From assembly GCF_900232105.1 (NCBI RefSeq), contig NZ_LT934425.1, positions 2,550,001 through 2,582,000 on the forward strand: a stretch of 32,000 nucleotides of DNA, written 5' to 3'. Position 1 is the stretch's first letter, and every line of letters starts with the position of its first letter. The position numbers and the translations under genes are program-made. Positions 19,455 through 27,385 of the stretch are shown piece by piece. Below the pieces are notes generated by a model. That model worked only from the letters and a program-made list of their open reading frames with translations, searched no databases and was not told the origin of the DNA. This DNA is from Candidatus Kuenenia stuttgartensis (GTDB taxonomy: Bacteria; Planctomycetota; Brocadiia; Brocadiales; Brocadiaceae).

Positions 19455-20246
19455 ATGCATTTGCCGGATTTAAAAACCGAATTAGCAGGTATCATAAAAG
19501 ACCTCAAAGCGAGACTGGCATTTGAAGAAACATTCGGGGTAGAGGTAATTTCCCTTAACGCACAAAACAATCGGGTAAGATCCACCACAACAATTACACA
19601 GAAAAATGATATGCCAAAAACTTCTGCACCCCAAACAGAATCGAACGATAAAAAACCCTTAACGACACGCCCAAAAGAAGGCAAGGCAAAATTGCTGGAA
19701 GAACTCAAAAACGAAACGCTGGTTTGTCACAAATGTCCTCTCGGCGAAACGAGGACAAATCTGGTGTTTGGCGCAGGAAACCCCATGGCCAGTCTCATGT
19801 TTGTTGGCGAGGCGCCAGGGCGTGATGAAGATCTTCAGGGAGAACCATTTGTTGGCAGGGCAGGCCAGCTCCTTACAAAAATAATAGAAGCAATCGATAT
19901 GAAACGCAGTGATGTTTATATTGCAAATATATTGAAATGCCGGCCTCCGGGTAATCGCAACCCGCTTACTGATGAAATTGCCCTGTGTATCCCCGTGCTT
20001 ACGAAACAAATTGATATAATAAAACCTAAAGTATTGTGTGCCATGGGTACTTTTGCTGCCCAGACGTTACTTAACACAAAAGAACCTATCGGTTTCCTTC
20101 GCGGTAAATTCCATGATTATAAAGGCATTCCCACCATGGCTACTTTTCACCCGGCATATCTCCTGAGAAATCCTGGCGAAAAAGCAAAGGTTTGGGAAGA
20201 TATGAAAAAGATTCGGGATCTTTTAAAAGAATTGAATAATAAGTAA
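19455..20246 (+). CDS. Uracil-DNA glycosylase, family 4-like
   Basis: CHKCPLGETRTNLVFGAGNPMASLMFVGEAPGRDEDLQGEPFVGRAGQLL; NILKCRPPGNRNP; TFHPAYLLRNP. Confidence 0.92.
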   Translation: MHLPDLKTELAGIIKDLKARLAFEETFGVEVISLNAQNNRVRSTTTITQKNDMPKTSAPQTESNDKKPLTTRPKEGKAKLLEELKNETLVCHKCPLGETRTNLVFGAGNPMASLMFVGEAPGRDEDLQGEPFVGRAGQLLTKIIEAIDMKRSDVYIANILKCRPPGNRNPLTDEIALCIPVLTKQIDIIKPKVLCAMGTFAAQTLLNTKEPIGFLRGKFHDYKGIPTMATFHPAYLLRNPGEKAKVWEDMKKIRDLLKELNNK

Positions 20247-20562
20247 GTCGATAATGAGATAAAACAAAATACCGTTTTATTGTCCCACAAAATCGTGAAA
20301 AACATCTTCCAACTCTGTAATAGTTCACCACAGAGGGCGCCGGGAACGCTGATAAAACAAATAAAATGGTGGAAATTAGCATAATTTTCTGTTTTTATCC
20401 TCTAATAAATAACCTCTGTGATCATTCGACTGAAGAAAAGAGGAAAAGAAAGAGTCGCACCTTGATTAGTGATTAGTATGTATGGTATTCATCATTACTG
20501 CCAGATAATCACAGATCAAGGTGTGACTTCATGCCTGCTTTATAAATGAAACAAGCCGCAGG

Positions 20563-20597
20563 GACATTGTTTGTCCCTGCGGCTTGTTTGTGGTATT
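20563..20597. terminator. Strong (bidirectional) hairpin terminator
   Basis: caagccgcagggaca-ttg-tttgtccctgcggcttg region, long perfect GC-rich stem just 3' of the minus-strand coiled-coil gene. Confidence 0.7.
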
Positions 20598-20631
20598 TGA
20601 TTCTTTGTCGAGGCTTTTGCGCGGTCGTCTG

Positions 20632-21033
20632 CTACCCTTGGTGTTTTTGGCTTACCAGTAATTGTATTATAGTGTCTATCCTTTGGTTAAGCTGCCCTAT
20701 ATCGTTTCTCAGACTTCCTATTTCGCCTCTCAGACTTCCGATCTCACCTCTCAGACTTTCTGTCTCGCCCTTGATCTCGCCTCTCAGACTTCCGATCTCA
20801 CCTCTCAGACTTTCTGTCTCGCCCTTGATTTCGTTTCGCAACTGCCCCATTTCACTTCTTATGCTGCTTATATCGGTATCTATCTTTTGGACAAGATACC
20901 TGAAATCATCTTCCTGTCTCTTTCGTACTTCCTCTATTTTTGCCAGTATCTCTACTGTCCGCTCGTCAACTACCTGGTATATTAACTCTAGTGTTACTTT
21001 TTTTATAGCTGATGCGAAGAATCCCTTCACCAT
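20632..21033 (-). CDS. Small coiled-coil protein with SLRGEIG heptad repeats
   Basis: Start ATG at 21033 preceded by aggaggg; protein MVKGFFASAIKKVTLELIYQVVDERTVEIL...ETESLRGEIGSLRGEIKGETESLRGEIGSLRGEIGSLRNDIG. Confidence 0.72.
   Translation of the reverse strand: MVKGFFASAIKKVTLELIYQVVDERTVEILAKIEEVRKRQEDDFRYLVQKIDTDISSIRSEMGQLRNEIKGETESLRGEIGSLRGEIKGETESLRGEIGSLRGEIGSLRNDIGQLNQRIDTIIQLLVSQKHQG
20724..20831 (-). repeat. Two 54-bp tandem coding repeats with 21-bp subrepeats
   Basis: cgcctctcagacttccgatctcacctctcagactttctgtctcgcccttgatct repeated at 20724 and 20778; nearly identical. Confidence 0.92.
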
Positions 21034-21335
21034 AGGAATAACCCTCCTGTGAGAACAAAGTATTATGTGTTTTACAATCCTGCACATGTTAACAATCCCG
21101 AGGGAAATATACAATAATTATTCCCTATACGCCGTTCCGGTTCCAGCCAGACGCTCCATTAGCTCTCTGAATTGCCGCCCAAGCTCTAGCTGGTAGGCTG
21201 GAGGCCATTAGCCTCCAACCCCCACTCGTCGCCAGATACTTTGGACAACGTGACAAAGCATCCTTTTTAAACCATACGTCTTTCTCGTAGTCAGCGACCC
21301 CGAAGTGTTGCTCTATAACAGAGAAAAGTCAAACA

Positions 21336-22537
21336 TCATGCTTTAGCACACGCCTTAAGAAATTCTCTTTCGAATGAGAGTAACCCCATTTTAAAGAATC
21401 GGTGAACAGGGAAACGCTTGTTGTCTGTTCTCCATTTTCTTGAGAACTTGAAACATCTCAGTCTCATGCGTACCCAACAGTCTAATGAGCGATATACCTT
21501 TTGTACATTGCCCAGCCGAAAATAGTTGACATGCCCACGAATTACGGGGTTTAATGTATCAACGATGGCTTGCAGATTGACGCCCTGTGTACGTCTGGTG
21601 ATGTCTCTGATGTTGTTCCTTCGGCAGGCTCAGGACAGGCTCTTGAGTTTGTTCAGTGATTTCGTGCTTATACCCTTATACTTGCCCTTGAAATCGTATC
21701 CGAGAAACCTGAAACCTCTTTTGAAGTTGGTGAGCTTGGTTTTATCCTCGCTCAGCTTCATTCCAAGTTTCCCTGCAATGATTTCTTTGACATAGCTGAG
21801 GGCGGCTGGGAGTTCATCTTTTGTTTTAGTCATGACAACGAAATCATCGGCGTATCGGACAAACTTATATCCAGCCTTTTCAAGTTCCTTGTCGATGATG
21901 TTACCGATAAGGTTTGCAAGCAAAGGGGAAATTACACCTCCTTGCGGAGTGCCTTTGTTTGTCTCATGCACGATGCCGTCCTCCATGACCCCTGCCTTGA
22001 GCATGTTCTCAATACTGTTCAAAACCCATCCATCAGCAATTTTCTCACGTAAGGAGTCCATAATAAGCTTATGGGGTATGGTGTCATAGAATGCCATTAT
22101 ATCGGCATCAAGGACGCTGGTATACCCTTCCTGCTTATACTGTTCAAGCCGTTTGATAGCATCGTGACAGCATCGTGACAGCATCTGTCAGGGCGAAATC
22201 CAAAGCTGTTATCTGAGAATCCTTTCTCAAATATTGGCTCTATGATTTGCCTGAACGCCTGCTGTACAATCCTGTCCTTAACAATGGGAATGCCAAGAGG
22301 TCTCTTGTCATGCCTGCCTTTGGGGATGTATACCCGCAGGACAGGCGCAGGGTTGTATATGGCAGTCTTGAGTTCCTGATGGATACTCATGATATTCACA
22401 TCAAGATTGGACTCAAATTGCTTAATACTTACCCTGTCAAGACCAGCTTTGCCTTTATTCTTCTTTACGTGTTTGAAAGCAGCATAAAGGTTTTTCAGAC
22501 TAAACACCTTGTCTCTTAATGAATGATACTTAAGCAT
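21336..22537 (-). pseudogene. Group II intron reverse transcriptase/maturase, frameshifted at least twice
   Basis: RT motifs RPLGIPIVKDRIVQQAFRQIIEPIFEKGFSDNSFGFRPDR, GTPQGGVISPLLANL, YADDFVV, GFRFLGYDFKG; after the second break the frame resumes with maturase domain RNNIRDITRRTQGVNLQAIVDTLNPVIRGHVNYFRLGNVQKVYRSLDCWVRMRLRCFKFSRKWRTDNKRFPVHRFFKMGLLSFERE. Confidence 0.9.
22159..22180 (-). repeat. 11-bp perfect tandem duplication disrupting the RT
   Basis: gcatcgtgaca at 22159-22169 and 22170-22180; removing one unit restores RPDRCCHDAIKRLEQYKQEG. Confidence 0.93.
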
Positions 22538-23168
22538 CTCTCGATATATTCCTTTCGATTGATTACGGATAATAGATTTGTCAATCGTGTTTCCTGGGTA
22601 CGGATTCTCCCAAACATAGGCAAAACAAGAGAGGCTCTTGTTACTGCTTACCTACGCAAAAGAGTTTCTTTTCTCATTGAACGTATTCAATCTGCCACTT
22701 TCATCAATTCCACTACGGTTATGCCCCTTTCATTTCCGATTCACACCGGAAACTATTATGAGCAATGCTGACGACTTCAAAGATAGACTTGTGAGAGAAG
22801 CTTGTCTATCACCATCTCATACAGCTCGGACTTCGGAATTTCCTTATACCTTGCTGTTAGGGAATTTTGCCCAAGGCGTAAGTCCTCCCCCGGTCATATG
22901 GATTACCCCTTTTCCCTTCGTGATGTATGTTCAAACGCATTAACCAGAGATGGTTTTACTTAATCTGTTTATCCATCTCCAACAAAGGACATTGTCAGTG
23001 CTTCGCTGAGAAATGGCAGTTGGCACGGAATAACACGCCACACTCATACACCCCAAAAGGTCGTCTGTACCTCGTAACTCCGTCATACCCCTCACGGGTA
23101 TATGCTATCTTTCTACGCATACGGATTGCTCCATTGTGTGCGCATAGGCACAAACTTCTCTACGAGGA

Positions 23169-23432
23169 TTAGGCTCGCAGAGGTGGTATTTTCAACCACT
23201 CAGGTATTCCATACTTCAAGGCACACATGAGCTCAGGGACAACCTCTTTTTCGAGGTTTCGGATTATATCAGAGGCGGACTTAACCGCCTCTCTTATGTC
23301 CTCGGTGTTGAAGTCTTTATGTACCTCTTTGATTTCAACATCTTGTTCGTGGGTAACAGGCAATGCCTGGCACGAAAGTGATGTTGCCGCTATTATTACC
23401 CCTATAATAGCGAATAATAACCAGTATTTTAT
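23169..23432 (-). CDS. Putative small lipoprotein/secreted protein, start codon unclear
   Basis: Open frame extends upstream of the tool's TTG start: KYWLLFAIIGVIIAATSLSCQALPVTHEQDVEIKEVHKDFNTEDIREAVKSASDIIRNLEKEVVPELMCALKYGIPEWLKIPPLRA, with lipobox-like SLSC; only ATA is placed correctly after ggggag. Confidence 0.45.
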   Translation of the reverse strand: MKYWLLFAIIGVIIAATSLSCQALPVTHEQDVEIKEVHKDFNTEDIREAVKSASDIIRNLEKEVVPELMCALKYGIPEWLKIPPLRA

Positions 23433-23461
23433 TTGATACTCCCCATGTCTGAAGACAGAGG

Positions 23462-23687
23462 AATTATAGGGACACTTCCCTTATTTCCCCACCAGATCAA
23501 GCAGAAAATATGGGATGTATCTCTGATTTTCCCGTTTTGTTAGGTCCGCCAATGATAATACTTTCTAACATTACTCTTTTAGTTTTTTCAATTTTTTGTA
23601 TCTAACAAATTATTCCTTAAATTATACCGTTAAACGCAGTAATAAATTACAGATGTTGCAAGAAATATTGGAAGTGTCCCCTAATTC
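23462..23687. repeat. MITE-like element with ~20-bp terminal inverted repeats
   Basis: ggaattatagggacacttcc near 23460 versus ggaagtgtcccctaattcc near 23669, reverse complements apart from an indel. Confidence 0.6.
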
Positions 23688-23740
23688 CAAAGAAGCTGTG
23701 TTTGTTTGCATTTCCATGAATTTGAGTACTCTCGTAAATA

Positions 23741-23843
23741 TACCTTGCTGGTTTACAAAATGTGAAATGTAGAGCGAAGAGACTCTTCGCTCTACAACTA
23801 CAGTCTTTGAGAAATCACAATTTGTGAACCCGTAAGGTATATC
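23741..23843. repeat. Nested inverted-repeat element (~103 bp)
   Basis: Outer arms tataccttgctggtttacaaaatgtga / tcacaatttgtgaacccgtaaggtata; inner perfect palindrome gtagagcgaagagactcttcgctctac. Confidence 0.8.
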
Positions 23844-23955
23844 AAAAACGTTTTTGGGAGGAAGCTAAGAGGTCTTCCATTAGAATATTCTTACCCGCTT
23901 ATTTGACTCCTTTTGCATTTGTAAGTGATTATAATGCAGCGAAACAACATTCTAA

Positions 23956-25038
23956 TCAATTGTTTTCATGAAACCGATACAACTCATTGGTCAACAGATG
24001 CGGTTTTTTTAAATATTTATGTATGGCATTTTTATTATTGTACCGATAAATAATTTTTATGAGCGGTAAATAGTACTTACCAAAGGTGGTGAAATAAAGC
24101 CTGTTGAGCCAACGCAGGTATTTCTCCCAATTTATTCCGTTCCTCCGGAATGTAAGGCGGATAACGTCATTCATATCCATGTCAAAAAAGTTTTTTGGCG
24201 GTCTTGGCGGCACGCCTTCGATCGGATAATATTCCTGAAGAAAAGGAATCAGCCTGAGTTTTCTCATAAGGACAAACCGTTCATAGTCTTCACTCAGGCG
24301 TGTATCAAAACCATACATTGCAATTACCGTAACCCTGTCTTCTCCAAAACTTTTTAAAATATCTTTCCTGTCTAAAAAATGTTTGACAGCCTTAACACTA
24401 TTGCAGCTAAAGTAAAACATGGGTTTTGTAAATTTAGAGTTTCGTGAATCGATCTTATACAGAAGTTGAGCAATATGTTCATCTACATATTGTATATCAA
24501 GAGATTGGCTGAAATTAACGGCATATTTTTTGTTGATTATTTCGTAGAGTATGTCTTCAGAGCGTGGATATGTTAGCAGGTTATCGTCAAGCAGCATTAT
24601 ATTCCGTTGCCCGGAGGGAACGAAGTCTTCGAACGAAGACGTCTTTTTGATTTTCCCTTCTTTTTTTGGAACGAGACAAAACGCACACCTTTTACTGCAA
24701 CCCCTTGTTAAAAAACCAATCGCATATGCCGTATGATTGTACAATTTGTAATCGGGAAAGCAGGATTCAATTTGCGGTGGCAAACGCGTATTGAGACATA
24801 TTCCGGAACCGCCAATATCTATGTTATTGTGGTATATCTTTTTCAGAGTAGCAACTTTTTCATGTGAGGATTTGATGGAAAAGACCGTGCTGGCGTAATA
24901 TCTGTCGGCCTTACTAAATCCAATATCTCCGGATAAAGCAACGCGATACCCTTGCTTTTTATAGAAGGCGCTGATCTTCATGAGCGCAAGGTTGGGTATG
25001 GTACTGTCTATATCGTAAAGGACAATGCTGTTTTTCAA
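23956..25038 (-). CDS. Radical SAM protein of unknown function
   Basis: TRGCSKRCAFCLVPKKEG (CxxxCxxC cluster motif), downstream NIMLLDDNLLTYP; degenerate N-terminal B12-binding-like fold (PNLALMKISAFYKKQGYRVALSGD) lacking DxHxxG. Confidence 0.85.
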   Translation of the reverse strand: MKNSIVLYDIDSTIPNLALMKISAFYKKQGYRVALSGDIGFSKADRYYASTVFSIKSSHEKVATLKKIYHNNIDIGGSGICLNTRLPPQIESCFPDYKLYNHTAYAIGFLTRGCSKRCAFCLVPKKEGKIKKTSSFEDFVPSGQRNIMLLDDNLLTYPRSEDILYEIINKKYAVNFSQSLDIQYVDEHIAQLLYKIDSRNSKFTKPMFYFSCNSVKAVKHFLDRKDILKSFGEDRVTVIAMYGFDTRLSEDYERFVLMRKLRLIPFLQEYYPIEGVPPRPPKNFFDMDMNDVIRLTFRRNGINWEKYLRWLNRLYFTTFGKYYLPLIKIIYRYNNKNAIHKYLKKPHLLTNELYRFHENN

Positions 25039-25128
25039 TCTACCTATGACCTGATTCGTTCAATTTAGCCAATACGTTTATGGTTACATCAAGCATAACA
25101 GCATTCCCTTATGCATAATAACATTGTC

Positions 25129-26181
25129 TTAGTTGTACTTCTGCCTCATTGCTGCAGAAATTTCACCCGTTAATTTCATTACCTTTTCAGCCTCTTCTAT
25201 CGTTAATGTTCCGGCGCCGCAGCTTGGCGTCACCATTGACCGCTCTTTAATCAACGTTTTCGATAATCCCTTATTGACGAGAAATTGAATCCCTTCCTCC
25301 AATCTTTTTACCAGATCATCCAATGATACGTCCGCTATCTTTGCTGACGTAGGAACAATTCCCCATGCCAGATAACCGCCTCTTTCCATAAATGCAATTA
25401 TTTCACGCCAATACATCAGGTACTTATCCATAAACTCATACGCATCAAAACTTACAATATCAACATTCGATTCCATAAGCATTGCCCAGTCGGTATTGCC
25501 GCAGCAATGAGAGCCTGTTAAGCCGCCGCGAGATTGAATACCTTCATATACCTCATTTAGAGCGCCAATGACTCTCTCCCGGCTGATATTCATAAATGAA
25601 GATCCGAAGCTGGTTAAATACGGTTCATCAACAAACATTAACACCGGAAGTTTATATCGGGCTAATTTAGTAAATTGCCAGTATGCCTTCATTGACAACA
25701 ATTTAACAATCACATCAAAGAATTCGTCGCTATAAAGCGCCAAAATGCCGGAAGCAAGTTTCAGAGAACCTGCCAAGGTAACAGGACCTACAACCTGCCC
25801 TTTTACAGCACGAAGAGACGCCGGAAGCGATTGGTCAAGACGCTCCAGCATAGCATAAAATCCCACAGAACACGCCCTGTTTATTTGAAACAAATCAGGA
25901 TCGTTTTTTAAATACGCCTCATAGAATTTTTCCAACCCGGATGCCGTATCGTTCGTGTCATCAATACTTACCGTCTTTTTTTCTGCATCTATTTTAATGC
26001 ACGGAAGCCCTTCTGTATATTGAATACACATATCTTCCCTGCGGTCATATTTGGGCAACTGGACCCAGCATGGAATTTCACGGAGCGTTTCAAACATAAG
26101 GTTGGTGGCGCATTCAATATCAACATGGGGAAGACTTCCAATTGCGGTTGCCGCAAAGTTGGCGTTAAAGGTATTTGGCAT
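25129..26181 (-). CDS. Cobalamin-independent methionine synthase/UROD-like (MetE C-terminal-like) protein
   Basis: ATAIGSLPHVDIECATNLMFETLREIPCWVQLPK; KGQVVGPVTLAGSL; VDEPYLTSFGSS; GLTGSHCCGNTDWAMLMESNVDIVSFDAYEF; STIKERSMVTPSCGAG-type C-terminus. Confidence 0.8.
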   Translation of the reverse strand: MPNTFNANFAATAIGSLPHVDIECATNLMFETLREIPCWVQLPKYDRREDMCIQYTEGLPCIKIDAEKKTVSIDDTNDTASGLEKFYEAYLKNDPDLFQINRACSVGFYAMLERLDQSLPASLRAVKGQVVGPVTLAGSLKLASGILALYSDEFFDVIVKLLSMKAYWQFTKLARYKLPVLMFVDEPYLTSFGSSFMNISRERVIGALNEVYEGIQSRGGLTGSHCCGNTDWAMLMESNVDIVSFDAYEFMDKYLMYWREIIAFMERGGYLAWGIVPTSAKIADVSLDDLVKRLEEGIQFLVNKGLSKTLIKERSMVTPSCGAGTLTIEEAEKVMKLTGEISAAMRQKYN

Positions 26182-26377
26182 CGTTTTTAATCCCTCTTTC
26201 TACAAAATAAGGTAAAAATAGTTAGTCTAACCTGACATGGCCAGAACAGATAGGTAGGGTGAGCGGCATGGACAAGCAGAGTTTATCCATGCCGCCCACC
26301 CTTGCAATGAATTTTATTTAAAATGTGCAAATCCTTAGCATTCATCCATCTTTCGAAAACCTCAATTGTTGTAACAA

Positions 26378-26518
26378 TTTAGTTCTTTGAAAAAGTAGGG
26401 GCGAAGCATTTGCCCGTTTGGGTATGAATGCATTTATGACAATTTACAGCAAATGCTTCGCCCCTACGCTATGCGGCAAACATCGATATTATTAGAGTTT
26501 TTCAAAAAACTAAATTAT
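26378..26518. repeat. Nested inverted-repeat (MITE-like) element, ~141 bp
   Basis: Outer aatttagttctttgaaaaa (26378-26396) / tttttcaaaaaactaaatt (26500-26518), one mismatch; inner gtaggggcgaagcatttgc (26397-26415) / gcaaatgcttcgcccctac (26451-26469), perfect. Confidence 0.85.
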
Positions 26519-26752
26519 TACTATCTATTTGACTATAAATATTTTGCCCAAAAATGCAAAGAAATTACTTTTAAGGTACTGACTCTTAAATTCCATTAAA
26601 TTGCGGTGAGAAAACTACGCTATTGAAACCATGGGAAGAAGTATGCCAACTGTTTTTAGGGCAGGGTGTTTCTCTTTATGCCTTAATTTGTCCTTGACTT
26701 TTATTCCTAAAACGTTTAGTTTTTAAAAAAAAATTTAAAGAGGAAAAAAATA

Positions 26753-27385
26753 TTGGCACAAAGTAATTGGCAGGAATTCTCAAAAGGTCTTTTTAAGTAT
26801 AACGCATTGTTTGTGTTGGTGTTAGGTATTTGTCCCAGCCTGGCAGTAACAACTTCATTAAAGAATGGTGTATCAATGGGGGGCGCTGCGACCTTTGTTC
26901 TTGTGTCTTCCAATTTTATCATCTCTCTCATCCGCCCGTATGTCCCCCGCGAGATTAGAATCCCTTGCTTTATTGTTGTTATTGCTTCGTTTGTAACGAT
27001 TGTTGAATTAATGATGAAGGCGTATTTGCCAACAGAGATAAACGCCTCGTTGGGAATATTTATTCCTCTTATCGTAGTCAATTGCATTATTTTGTATCGT
27101 GCGGAGGCCTTTGCTTATAAAAATAAACCCTTTGTTTCCATATTAGATGGTTTGGGTATCGGTTTGGGATGGACTTTATCCCTCTGCCTTGTTTCCGGTG
27201 TGCGTGAAATGCTTGGAGCGGGCACTCTTTTTGGATTAAAACTGTCCGAGCGCTATGAGCCTGCTTCTATAATGATTATGGCGCCGGGCGCGTTTATTAT
27301 TACAGGTCTTCTCATGGGTTTATTCAACTGGAGAAAGCAACTAAAGATTGAAAAGTCGATGAAGGCTTATCAGAAAAATGATTAA
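26753..27385 (+). CDS. rnfE: Rnf electron transport complex subunit E
   Basis: FSKGLFKYNALFVLVLGICPSLAVTTSLKNGVSMGGAATFVLVSSN...INASLGIFIPLIVVNCIILYRAEAFA...LGWTLSLCLVSGVREMLGAGTLFG; TTG start preceded by aaagagg. Confidence 0.93.
   Translation: MAQSNWQEFSKGLFKYNALFVLVLGICPSLAVTTSLKNGVSMGGAATFVLVSSNFIISLIRPYVPREIRIPCFIVVIASFVTIVELMMKAYLPTEINASLGIFIPLIVVNCIILYRAEAFAYKNKPFVSILDGLGIGLGWTLSLCLVSGVREMLGAGTLFGLKLSERYEPASIMIMAPGAFIITGLLMGLFNWRKQLKIEKSMKAYQKND

Larger units (their letters stand above)
21120..23165 (-). mobile_element. Decayed group II intron-like retroelement (boundaries approximate)
   Basis: Contains the RT/maturase pseudogene; ~600 bp non-coding, hairpin-rich sequence 5' of the RT and ~200 bp with hairpins (ttggaggctaatggcctccag) 3' of it. 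Canonical GUGYG start and domain V not securely identified. Confidence 0.5.

Noticed and set aside
20650-20860. Regularly spaced repeats that could be mistaken for a CRISPR array
   Set aside because: The repeats are directly tandem (54 bp with 21-bp subrepeats, no unique spacers) and lie in frame inside a coiled-coil ORF with a good RBS; no cas genes nearby.
21630-22184. Tool ORF of 184 aa as an independent RT gene
   Set aside because: Its MLSRCCHDA start is an artefact of the 11-bp duplication; it is the middle of one disrupted gene.
21336-22537. RT as part of a diversity-generating retroelement, retron or Abi-type system
   Set aside because: The motifs QGGVISP and YADDF plus the C-terminal maturase domain are group II intron type; no TR/VR pair, Avd protein or retron msr-msd seen, and the gene is broken.
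22523-23172. Plus-strand ORFs across the 5' part of the retroelement
   Set aside because: They fall in the putative structured RNA portion of the intron-like element on the other strand; no recognisable domains.
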